A stretch of DNA of 64,000 nt, from assembly GCA_964454545.1 (NCBI GenBank), contig CAYVTI010000005.1:106-64105 (forward strand), given 5' to 3'. The notes beneath the pieces are model-generated. The model was not told the DNA's origin, did no database searches, and saw only the letters and a program-made list of their open reading frames with translations. The position numbers were made by a program, and so were the translations under genes. The first letter of the stretch is position 1; the number at the start of each line of letters is the position of its first letter. The stretch comes from an uncultured Rickettsiales bacterium. Its GTDB lineage: Bacteria > Pseudomonadota > Alphaproteobacteria > Rickettsiales > JABCZZ01. This document shows positions 56,498 to 64,000 of the stretch, in pieces.

Positions 56498-58360
56498 ATG
56501 CCACAGGCAAAACACACAGCATCCCACAAGAGAAGAAACATCGGACGGAAGGAACTGATACCTGTCAGTACCGAAAAGGTTCTGTCTTTTCAACCGCCGC
56601 CACGTCCTTCCCTGTCTCCCGTCGCACAGCAGCCGCAGGAGGGTAATTCGAGAAAATATTGTGAGATGCAGGACCGTCTTTATCACGCTGCTCTTGGCCA
56701 GATGGCGATGGGATTCTCTCCCGATGCACTGGCGCTTGCTTATACGGACTGGTTCGTGCACCTGATGCTCGCTCCCTACCGGCAGGCGGATCTGCTGCGC
56801 GATGCCCATGAAAGAGCGATGGTATTATACTCCAATACTTTTGCCTACCTGATCGGGAAAGAAGATGCCTGTTATCCGGAGGACACGCGTTTCAGCAAGC
56901 GCTACAAGGGGGACAGCTGGAAGCGCTGGCCCTACAACATCATGGCGCAGGCGCATCTGACCGCGGAGGATTGGTGGCAGGAAGCAAGCCATGTGCGGGG
57001 CATGACCCGCCATCATCAGGATATGATAGGCTTTTTCAATCTCCTGGTATCAAGCGCACTGTCACCGGAAAATTCTCCCTTGCTTAGCCCGGAAATCAGA
57101 GATAAAAGCTTTGCCGAGCACGGCCTGAATTATCTCAAGGGACTGGATAACGCGCTCGATGACATACAGCGCTGGCTGGCGAATAAGCCGCCTGCGGAAA
57201 CGGACCATTTCAAGCCCGGCATAAACGTTGCGGTTACGGAAGGCGAGGTTATCTTCCGTAATACCTTGTTCGAACTGATACAGTACGCGCCGAAAACAGA
57301 GAAAACCTATCCCGAGCCCGTGCTCATCATCCCCGCATGGATCATGAAATATTATATTCTTGATCTGTCCCCGCATAATTCCATGGTGCGCTATCTTGTC
57401 GAACAGGGGCACACCGTATTCATGATATCGTGGAAAAACCCGGATGCGCGTTACCGCAATACCGGGTTTACCGATTACCTGAAGGAAGGTGCGCTTGAAG
57501 CGCTTAACATCGTGCAGGAAATTATCCCCAACCGCAAGGTGCATGCGGTGGGCTATTGCATCGGCGGCACGTTGCTTGCGATGCTGACCGCACATCTGGC
57601 AAACAAGCGGCAGGATCCGCTGCAGACCGTCACCCTGTTTGCCGCCCAGATCGACTTTGCCGAAGCGGGCAGGCTCATGACGTTCATTGACGAAGCGCAA
57701 CTCACTTATCTCGAGGATGTCATGTATTCGCAAGGCTACCTGCGCGGGGATCAGATTTCCGCCGCCTTCGATCTCCTGCAGCCCAGGGAATTGATCTGGC
57801 ATCGCATAGCGCAGAAATACCTGATGGGCGAACGCCCTAGGAGCTTTGATCTCATGGCATGGGATAAGGACACGACACGCCTGCCCTACCGTATGCACAG
57901 CCAGTATCTGCGAGAGTTCTACCTGCACAATACGCTGGCTGAATACGAATTTGAAATTGACGATGAAGTCCTCGACATGGATCTGGTCGCCACTCCCATG
58001 TTCGTGGTCTCTACAGAAAATGATCATATCGCGCCGTGGAAATCGGTATATAAAATCCACTACCTGACAGACACCGAAGTCACTTTTGTGCTTGCAAACA
58101 GGGGGCATAACGGCGGCATTATCAGCGAACCCGGACATGAGGGCCGGGAATTCCGCATCGCCACCCGCGAGCAGGGCGGGCGCAGCACACAGGCAGGAAA
58201 ATGGATGAGGCAGCACACGACAAAACCCGGATCATGGTGGATAAACTGGCACGAATGGCTTGCCGCGCATTCGCATGGGCAGGATGTGCCTCCTTCCATG
58301 GGCAATATGCATTATCCGCAGCTTGAGAAAGCACCCGGCACCTATGTGCATGAACACTAG
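56498..58360 (+). CDS. phaC: Class I poly(R)-hydroxyalkanoate synthase
   Basis: 620 aa. PVLIIPAWIMKYYILDL, the lipase box GYCIGG and the C-terminal catalytic region (ENDHIAPW, GHNGG). Confidence 0.9.
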   Translation: MPQAKHTASHKRRNIGRKELIPVSTEKVLSFQPPPRPSLSPVAQQPQEGNSRKYCEMQDRLYHAALGQMAMGFSPDALALAYTDWFVHLMLAPYRQADLLRDAHERAMVLYSNTFAYLIGKEDACYPEDTRFSKRYKGDSWKRWPYNIMAQAHLTAEDWWQEASHVRGMTRHHQDMIGFFNLLVSSALSPENSPLLSPEIRDKSFAEHGLNYLKGLDNALDDIQRWLANKPPAETDHFKPGINVAVTEGEVIFRNTLFELIQYAPKTEKTYPEPVLIIPAWIMKYYILDLSPHNSMVRYLVEQGHTVFMISWKNPDARYRNTGFTDYLKEGALEALNIVQEIIPNRKVHAVGYCIGGTLLAMLTAHLANKRQDPLQTVTLFAAQIDFAEAGRLMTFIDEAQLTYLEDVMYSQGYLRGDQISAAFDLLQPRELIWHRIAQKYLMGERPRSFDLMAWDKDTTRLPYRMHSQYLREFYLHNTLAEYEFEIDDEVLDMDLVATPMFVVSTENDHIAPWKSVYKIHYLTDTEVTFVLANRGHNGGIISEPGHEGREFRIATREQGGRSTQAGKWMRQHTTKPGSWWINWHEWLAAHSHGQDVPPSMGNMHYPQLEKAPGTYVHEH

Positions 58361-58374
58361 GGAAAGAATCCGCT

Positions 58375-60681
58375 ATGGCCATGCAACGCATCAGGCGCGC
58401 CGCCGTCATTGGCGCAGGAACCATGGGAAGCCAGATTGCTTCCGTTATCGCCAACGCGGGCACAAAGGTGCTGCTGCTCGATATCGTTCCTAAGGGAGCC
58501 AACGATCGCGATGTGCTGGCCAAAGAAGCCATCGAGAAACTCAAATCCTCGCGCAGGCAAGTATCCTCCAAGGATCTGGCATTAATCCAGCCTGGCAATA
58601 TGGAGGATAATCTGGATAATATCACAGAGGCTGACTGGGTGATCGAGTGCGTGCCTGAGGATGCGCATGTCAAACATGACACGTATGAGAAAGTCGGGCA
58701 GTATTTGCAGCAAGGCGCTGTGATTTCCTCCAACACCTCCACCATTCCCCTGTATAAGCTGAAGGAAGGACTTGATCCGAAATTAAGGAAACAACTCTGC
58801 ATCGCACATTTCTTTAACCCGCCTGATCAGGCGCCATTACTCGAACTGGTGGCGGATCAGGATAATGATCCAAGAGCGATAAAGCTGCTCACCGGTTTTG
58901 CCGATCGCATGCTCGGCAGGAACGTCATACCTGCAAAGGATACGCCCGGTTTCATTGGCAACCGCATCGGCATCTTCTGGATGCTGTGCGCGTTTGAGGA
59001 AGCGAAACGAAAGAATATCCCGATAGAGGTGGCAGACGCGGTGCTGAACGGCGCGTTCGGTTTCCCGAGAACCGGCGTATTCGCGCTGGCTGATTTGATA
59101 GGCCTCAGGCTTATTCCTGAAATGGCCCGATCGCTATGCGCGCTCCTGCCGGGAAACGATGCATTTTGCCAGTTCAAAGAGGGACTGAAGCTGGTGCAGG
59201 AAGTCATAGACAAAAACCCGGGCGGCCATTCCGGTTTTTATAGGAAACTGGAGGATGGCGGCGAACAGGTATTCGATCTGCAAAACGGCGAATACCGGAA
59301 CAGGAAGAAAGCCGGTATGGAGATCGAGCACTGGCATGAATTCCTGACGCAGGACTCTCAGGAAAGCCGCTTCGCCCTGCATGTGCTTACCCAAATGCTG
59401 AGTTATACGGTACATATAGCGCCCGATATAGCGGATTCGATTCTCAATATAGATGCGGTCATGCGAGACGGCTACGGCTGGAAGTACGGCCCCTTCGAAA
59501 TGATGGACCGGCTGGGGCCCTCCTGGCTCATTGAACAGATGGAAAGGGAACATCTGCATGCTCCGGCGCTGTTGAAAGAAGCGGAAGCAAAAGGTTTTTA
59601 CCGCATCCGGCCGGGCAAGGGAGTGCAGTATCTGAGTTTTGACGGCAGGTACAGGAAATGGAGTACGGGCAAAGGCAAGTGGATGCTGGCGCTTAAAACC
59701 GCAGGGACAAAACCGCTCATGGAAAACATGGCGGCCAGATTATGGGACATCGGCAATGAGATAGTCTGCTGCGAATTCACTACAAAAATAGGCGTCATCG
59801 ACGAGCGCGTACTGGATCTGCTTGCTGATGCGACAGAAACGGTGGAAAGAAGTTTTGCCGGACTTGTCATAGGACATGACGGCAAGCATTTTTCCGCCGG
59901 GCTCGATCTGCAGGTAATCGTGAAGAGCGCGGAGACCAATGACTGGAAGCGCGTGGAAAACATCCTGAAGCAGGGGCAGAACTGCATGCTGCGTATTAAA
60001 TATGCGAAGGTGCCTGTTATCGCGGCGATCTACGGTTACACGCTGGGCGGGGCGTGCGAACTGGCGTTGCATTGTTCCGCCACGCAGGCGCATGCCAGCA
60101 CGCGGATGGGACTTGTGGAAACAGGCGTTGGCGTTATCCCCGCATGGGGCGGCGCCACCGAACTGTTACTGCGCACCGTGCGGCAAAGCGGGAAGGACAG
60201 TAATAAAATTGTAAAGCAGGGTGTGATTGCGTTCAGGCAGATTGCAGAGGCGCAAGAAACTTCCGGTGCGAAGGACGCTTTTGCCAAAGGATTCCTGAAT
60301 AAACCCTCCCGCATTACCGCCAGCCGGGAACGGTTGCTGCCGGATGCAAAAACATTATGCCTGAAATTGTCGCAGAATTACAAACCGCGGGAAAGACAAC
60401 CGGTTGAAGTGCCGGTGAAAGCGCTGCATGAACGCTTCCTGCAGGAGATCAATGCGATGTCGCAAGATACCCCGCTGATAACGCCGCACCGCCGCAAGGT
60501 ACTGGAAGTCCTGGCCGGTGTCCTGAGTAGTTACAGGGCGGCGCGGACCACCGGGTATAGCGACACCGGATGGAGCATGCTTACCGAACAGCAGATATTG
60601 CATTCCACGCGTGACGCCTTCATGGAATTGGTGCAGACGAAGGAAACCATGAATATGATCAGGAAAATAGTAGCCGGGTAG
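58375..60681 (+). CDS. Fused 3-hydroxyacyl-CoA dehydrogenase (N-terminal) / enoyl-CoA hydratase-like (C-terminal) protein
   Basis: 768 aa. NAD fold VIGAGTMGSQIA with the 3HCDH core, and a C-terminal crotonase-type segment (HFSAGLDL...GYTLGGACELALHC). Starts 14 nt after phaC. Confidence 0.85.
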   Translation: MAMQRIRRAAVIGAGTMGSQIASVIANAGTKVLLLDIVPKGANDRDVLAKEAIEKLKSSRRQVSSKDLALIQPGNMEDNLDNITEADWVIECVPEDAHVKHDTYEKVGQYLQQGAVISSNTSTIPLYKLKEGLDPKLRKQLCIAHFFNPPDQAPLLELVADQDNDPRAIKLLTGFADRMLGRNVIPAKDTPGFIGNRIGIFWMLCAFEEAKRKNIPIEVADAVLNGAFGFPRTGVFALADLIGLRLIPEMARSLCALLPGNDAFCQFKEGLKLVQEVIDKNPGGHSGFYRKLEDGGEQVFDLQNGEYRNRKKAGMEIEHWHEFLTQDSQESRFALHVLTQMLSYTVHIAPDIADSILNIDAVMRDGYGWKYGPFEMMDRLGPSWLIEQMEREHLHAPALLKEAEAKGFYRIRPGKGVQYLSFDGRYRKWSTGKGKWMLALKTAGTKPLMENMAARLWDIGNEIVCCEFTTKIGVIDERVLDLLADATETVERSFAGLVIGHDGKHFSAGLDLQVIVKSAETNDWKRVENILKQGQNCMLRIKYAKVPVIAAIYGYTLGGACELALHCSATQAHASTRMGLVETGVGVIPAWGGATELLLRTVRQSGKDSNKIVKQGVIAFRQIAEAQETSGAKDAFAKGFLNKPSRITASRERLLPDAKTLCLKLSQNYKPRERQPVEVPVKALHERFLQEINAMSQDTPLITPHRRKVLEVLAGVLSSYRAARTTGYSDTGWSMLTEQQILHSTRDAFMELVQTKETMNMIRKIVAG

Positions 60682-60683
60682 CA

Positions 60684-61379
60684 TTACAGATGTTTTTCAA
60701 ACCAGTCCGCCGCAAGTCCGGCGATAGTCTCCAGCGCCCCAGGTTCCTCAAAAAGATGTGTCGCCCCTGGTATGATTTCCAGCCGCGATTTTTCATTTAA
60801 CTGTTCCAGCGCAATTCTATTAAGCCTCAGCACTTCATGATCCTCGCCGCCCACGATAAGAAATACCGGCGCTTCCACTTTCTTGAGTAGTTTTCCGGCC
60901 AGATCCGGACGGCCTCCGCGTGAGACCACGGCCTTAACGGTTTCGGGATATTGCGCCGCCATGACCAGCGCCGCGCCGCCGCCTGTGCTGGAGCCGAAAA
61001 GCCCGAGCGACAGATTGCCTATCGTCCCATGCTGCTTTATCCAGCCGGTAATGCCATACAGACGGCTGGCCAGGAGCAGGATATTAAACCGCATATGGCG
61101 GGTCTGCGCCTCCGCTTTTTCCTCTGCAGCGGTCAGGAGATCGATGAGCAGGGTGGCAAACCGGCGCTGATAAAGCATATCGGCGACGTAATGATTTCTC
61201 CGGCTGTGGCGGCTGCTGCCGCTGCCATGCGCAAAGAGCACCATGCCCTGCGGCCGCCGGGGCACGCTTAAAAAGCCTTCTAGCGTGATCCCGCCTAAGG
61301 GCACCAGAACGTCAATGTTGTTCCTCAACGGAGTCAACGTATCCAGTTCTCCCACGGTCATGTCTGTCCTGTTTGTCAA
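60684..61379 (-). CDS. Dienelactone hydrolase family alpha/beta hydrolase
   Basis: 231 aa. VLFAHGSGSSRHSRRN, the nucleophile elbow GLFGSSTGGGAAL and the C-terminal IPGATHLFEEPG. Confidence 0.75.
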   Translation of the reverse strand: MTNRTDMTVGELDTLTPLRNNIDVLVPLGGITLEGFLSVPRRPQGMVLFAHGSGSSRHSRRNHYVADMLYQRRFATLLIDLLTAAEEKAEAQTRHMRFNILLLASRLYGITGWIKQHGTIGNLSLGLFGSSTGGGAALVMAAQYPETVKAVVSRGGRPDLAGKLLKKVEAPVFLIVGGEDHEVLRLNRIALEQLNEKSRLEIIPGATHLFEEPGALETIAGLAADWFEKHL

Positions 61380-61430
61380 ATAGGAGATTGGGGAAATAAT
61401 TAATAGCGGTGTTCGCTTTTCGCTGTCACC

Positions 61431-61516
61431 GGGGCCGGAGAATATAATTTCGATAAGCTCGCGAGAGCTTATCGCTAATTTCTCCGGTCCCGAGCCTGCT
61501 AGGCAAAGCTAGCAGG
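61431..61516 (+). other. Stacked hairpins in the DUF190-crcB upstream region (candidate structured RNA or REP-like element)
   Basis: 61431-61491 has a 12-bp outer stem (GGGGCCGGAGAA/TTCTCCGGTCCC) and a 10-bp inner stem (CGATAAGCTC/GAGCTTATCG) capped by the GNRA loop GCGA. 61495-61516 has an 8-bp stem (CCTGCTAG/CTAGCAGG). Confidence 0.3.
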
Positions 61517-61693
61517 AGATTTCAAGCTACTTCGGAAAGCATAAAAAGATAAGCCTCCGAGGCTGCACATAATATAAAAATTCGGCAAAATTTCTTGATC
61601 GAAATGCGCATGCCGGAAATCCGCTTCTCAACACCTGCCGTTTTATGCTAAGTACAAGAAATAAGAAATTGAATTTCAATCATAGAGAGCGTC

Positions 61694-62059
61694 ATGCAGA
61701 TACCTCACAATGCCATTTTACTCCGCATCTTCATCGGAGAAAACGATAAACACGATACCCTGCCGCTCTACGAAGCCATCGTGCTGAAAGCGCGCGAAGC
61801 GCATCTGGCAGGCGCGACGGTGCTCCGCGGCCCTATGGGATTTGGGCACTCAAGCCGCCTGCATACGTCAAAGATCCTCCGCCTTTCCGAAGATCTGCCC
61901 CTGGTGATTGAGATGGTGGACAGCGAAGAAAAGATCAACGCCTTTCTTCCCGCGCTCAAAAAGATGATGACTGGCGGGCTGGTAACCATCGAAAAGGTGC
62001 AGGTGCTGCAATATGGCAATGACGGCGTCGCGCAGCCCGCATCACGCGCAGGAGGATGA
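61694..62059 (+). CDS. DUF190 (UPF0166) domain protein, crcB-associated
   Basis: 121 aa. LLRIFIGENDKHDTLPLYEAIVLKAREAHLAGATVLRGPMGFG...LPLVIEMVDSEEKI is the DUF190 pattern. Confidence 0.85.
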   Translation: MQIPHNAILLRIFIGENDKHDTLPLYEAIVLKAREAHLAGATVLRGPMGFGHSSRLHTSKILRLSEDLPLVIEMVDSEEKINAFLPALKKMMTGGLVTIEKVQVLQYGNDGVAQPASRAGG

Positions 62060-62063
62060 TAGC

Positions 62064-62456
62064 ATGACCTATCTCTGGGTAGCGCTGGGCAGCGCGCTGG
62101 GCGGCATGGCGCGCTACTGGATGTCCGAAGTGGTTGCGGTTGCGATCGGCGAGACGTTTCCCTGGGGCACGCTGGTTATCAATATCATCGGATCGCTGAT
62201 CATCGGATTTTTTGCCACCTACACCGGCCCGGACGGCAGGATCCTCATTCCTTCCGACATACGCATATTCGTCATGGTCGGTATCTGCGGGGGATTTACC
62301 ACTTTTTCTTCCTTCAGCCTGCAGACGCTTAATCTTGCCCGTAGCGGTGATTTCATGCGGGCAGGAATGAATGTCATCCTCTCCGTCGCGCTATGTCTCC
62401 TGTTTGTCTGGCTTGGCCATCTGGCAGCAAGCGCGCTCAATCAGATAAAAAGCTGA
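62064..62456 (+). CDS. crcB: Fluoride ion channel CrcB/Fluc
   Basis: The start is at ATG 62064, after AGGAGGA. MTYLWVALGSALGGMARYW...FPWGTLVINIIGSLIIGF...GFTTFSSFS are CrcB motifs. Confidence 0.9.
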   Translation: MTYLWVALGSALGGMARYWMSEVVAVAIGETFPWGTLVINIIGSLIIGFFATYTGPDGRILIPSDIRIFVMVGICGGFTTFSSFSLQTLNLARSGDFMRAGMNVILSVALCLLFVWLGHLAASALNQIKS

Positions 62457-62463
62457 ACATAAA

Positions 62464-62496
62464 AACGCCCCCTGTGAAGAGGGCGTTCCGTCTTTT
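62464..62496. terminator. Bidirectional rho-independent terminator between crcB and the heptad-repeat gene
   Basis: The stem AACGCCC (62464-70) pairs with GGGCGTT (62481-87). It is followed by a T-run on the + strand (TCTTTT) and preceded by AAAAA, which gives TTTTT on the - strand. Confidence 0.6.
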
Positions 62497-62510
62497 GCAG
62501 CCTTACAGTA

Positions 62511-63056
62511 TTAACGGCCGCCTTCCATTTTATGTTCATCACGATGGATTTGGCCTTTCTCATGATGAATTTCTTTCCTGTCATGGTGAACCTGGCGCTC
62601 GTCATGACGAATCTGGTGTTCATCGTGGCGGATCTGGTGCCTGTCGCGGCCAATCTGGCGCTCATCGTGCCCTATCTGGCGTTCGTCATGGTGAATCTGG
62701 TGCCTGTCTCGATCGATCTGCTGCTCCGCAGCTTTTGCGCCGGCATAGTTGCCGTTCTTCCTATCCTGCTGTTCAACAGCGCGTTCCTGCTGGATCTGCT
62801 GGCGATCACCCTGAATCTGCTGACGATCTCCCTGGATCTGACTCTGGTCATTATGAATCTGGTTGCGATCATTCTGGATCTGGTTTTCATCACGGTGAAT
62901 CTGCTGGCGATCATGATGTATCTGGTCGCGCTGGTTATCAATGCGCTGCTGATCATTGGTAATCTGGTTCATATCCTGCTGCTCCGTCTGCGCGAAAGCG
63001 GCAGCCGCCAGACTTACGCTGGCCAGCAAGGTAAGGGTGGACAATGTTTTTTTCAT
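62511..63056 (-). CDS. Secreted His/Gln/Asp-rich heptad-repeat protein (hypothetical)
   Basis: 181 aa. Signal peptide MKKTLSTLTLLASVSLAAAAFA|Q. Two arrays of about 9 heptads each (QIxxDxx, for example QIHHDRQ QIHRDEN QIQNDRN) are split by the linker NGNYAGAKAAE. The terminator lies immediately downstream. Confidence 0.7.
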   Translation of the reverse strand: MKKTLSTLTLLASVSLAAAAFAQTEQQDMNQITNDQQRIDNQRDQIHHDRQQIHRDENQIQNDRNQIHNDQSQIQGDRQQIQGDRQQIQQERAVEQQDRKNGNYAGAKAAEQQIDRDRHQIHHDERQIGHDERQIGRDRHQIRHDEHQIRHDERQVHHDRKEIHHEKGQIHRDEHKMEGGR

Positions 63057-63183
63057 AAAAGCCCCGTATTAGGATTAAGGATGAGTAAAGATACCTTTAC
63101 ACTTAATAAAGGTAGCATACGCTACATTAAAAACGTGACTCCGCTACATTAAATTTTTGTAATAAAGATAATGGCAATAGAGT

Positions 63184-64000
63184 TCAGATAGTTGGTGAAG
63201 AAATTGCGGAGCTGGCGCTGTTGGCCACGCTGTTCTGCCATTTGTTATTCTGGGCGCTATGGTTTTCTTCTTCAGTCCTGCTTTCCGCCTTTTTCTGGGC
63301 TGGAATGCCCAGCCAGGGATTATGCTCCATGCTCTCGATTTGCCCGCGTATGCCCGATTTTATTACTTCCTTGTCCAGGTTCAGGTTATCTTTCTCTGAA
63401 AGATAACCGGATACCATCTCCAGCACCTGATCACGCCTGTCCGGAGGATTGCGCAGGATCATATCCGCCATCACCGCATAGGTGGAAGGCTCAAGGCTCG
63501 AATCGCTTTCAACGCCTTTGCCATGCCCCTTGGAGGATAATGCCATCAGAGTCTCCGCCGCCAGATTCGATCCGACGAAAACCCCTCGTGAAAATATGGC
63601 GTTTCTGTCTTTCCGCGCTTCAGTGCTTTCTTTCGCAGAGGCATTTGGATCTTTTAAAGTTTTGGTTGCATTCCTGTAGTCAATAACGGTGCTCGCCGCA
63701 TGATTTACGCTGCTCAATCCCAACAATATGCCTGCCGTCCTTAAAGGTTTCTCCTCAATCCACTGCCATATGCCTGCAAGGCCTTTCTTTCTGGGCTCTC
63801 CCGGCTTGCGCGGTTCTTCATCCACAAATACCGAGACTAGCCCGGCAAGAACGGTCATAGTGCCCAGCCCCATATCAAGAAGAATAGATTTCTTGCTGCG
63901 ATCCGGAGACTTTAATTCCTTTGCGCCCTCCCAGATCAGCATGCTCCCGGCAAGGGCGAAAAAGGAATTGGCAAGCTCAGCCGGATAACGTTCAGCCTTG
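63184..64000 (-). CDS. Membrane protein of unknown function, paralog of 46831-47874 (5' end outside window)
   Basis: The track gives 63184-63942. The frame stays open upstream of that Met to the window edge (KAERYPAELANSFFALAGS-MLIWEG...). It shares WIEEKPLRTAG and ALSSKGHGKG motifs with the 347-aa protein. Confidence 0.55.
   Translation of the reverse strand, partial: KAERYPAELANSFFALAGSMLIWEGAKELKSPDRSKKSILLDMGLGTMTVLAGLVSVFVDEEPRKPGEPRKKGLAGIWQWIEEKPLRTAGILLGLSSVNHAASTVIDYRNATKTLKDPNASAKESTEARKDRNAIFSRGVFVGSNLAAETLMALSSKGHGKGVESDSSLEPSTYAVMADMILRNPPDRRDQVLEMVSGYLSEKDNLNLDKEVIKSGIRGQIESMEHNPWLGIPAQKKAESRTEEENHSAQNNKWQNSVANSASSAISSPTI

Noticed and set aside
57062-58216. 384-aa minus-strand ORF opposite phaC (also 58122-58802, and 49379-50236 opposite the glycoside hydrolase)
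   Set aside because: Shadow ORFs within confidently assigned genes.
61380-61693. Canonical fluoride (crcB-motif) riboswitch upstream of DUF190-crcB
   Set aside because: I looked for the conserved GGCGATG / AACCGCC / CTGATGA..CCTAC elements on the + strand and did not find them. This needs Infernal to be certain.
62393-63152. The 21-bp periodic repeat as a possible CRISPR or non-coding tandem array, and the alternative ORFs in four other frames
   Set aside because: There are no unique spacers between repeats; the period is continuous and codon-phased. Only the minus-strand frame 62511-63056 has a proper signal peptide and a terminator right after its stop.

Overview
All calls below come from reading the sequence and the ORF translations by eye; no searches were run. 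This is a chromosomal segment of moderate to high GC. It is most consistent with an alphaproteobacterium: gltD precedes gltB, and a ctpA / YibQ-like / rppH block, lptG, etfBA and cydABX are present. About 55 protein genes and one tRNA-Leu(CAA) are supported. I saw no rRNA, CRISPR array, intact IS element, integrase or prophage.

Most of the window is housekeeping: prfA, rppH, ctpA, nadK, hemB, lptG, ftsA, etfBA, nadE, gltDB, cydABX, mutY, phaC, a fadB-like gene, crcB, and the start of ftsK at the left edge.

The accessory or unusual content is:
1. A tightly coupled pilC / pilM-N fusion / pilO / pilP-like platform operon (6539-11016). It has no PilB-type ATPase, secretin or pilin, and it runs into an orphan ABC ATPase.
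2. Two tandem, near-identical small Cys-containing lipoprotein genes with non-ATG starts, divergent from that operon.
3. A 290-aa pilin-like protein with a degenerate prepilin signal.
4. An AT-rich ankyrin-repeat gene carrying a perfect 129-bp tandem duplication, next to an orphan ftsA.
5. A decayed Csu/spore-coat-U type chaperone-usher locus beside tRNA-Leu (5'-truncated usher, no chaperone).
6. Two copies of a GTCATTGCGAGG...CTCGCAATGAC palindromic element, one read through in frame at the 5' end of a gene.
7. Two identical perfect FNR-type boxes (TTGATCAGGATCAA), one upstream of cydABX and one upstream of a PepSY gene.
8. A secreted His/Gln/Asp-rich protein built almost entirely of QIxxDxx heptads (21-bp periodic DNA).
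9. A DUF190-crcB pair preceded by stacked hairpins instead of a recognisable fluoride riboswitch.
10. A pair of paralogous membrane proteins of unknown function.

I found no clear-cut new system with a demonstrable function. The pilus-platform-like operon with its neighbouring genes is the best candidate.
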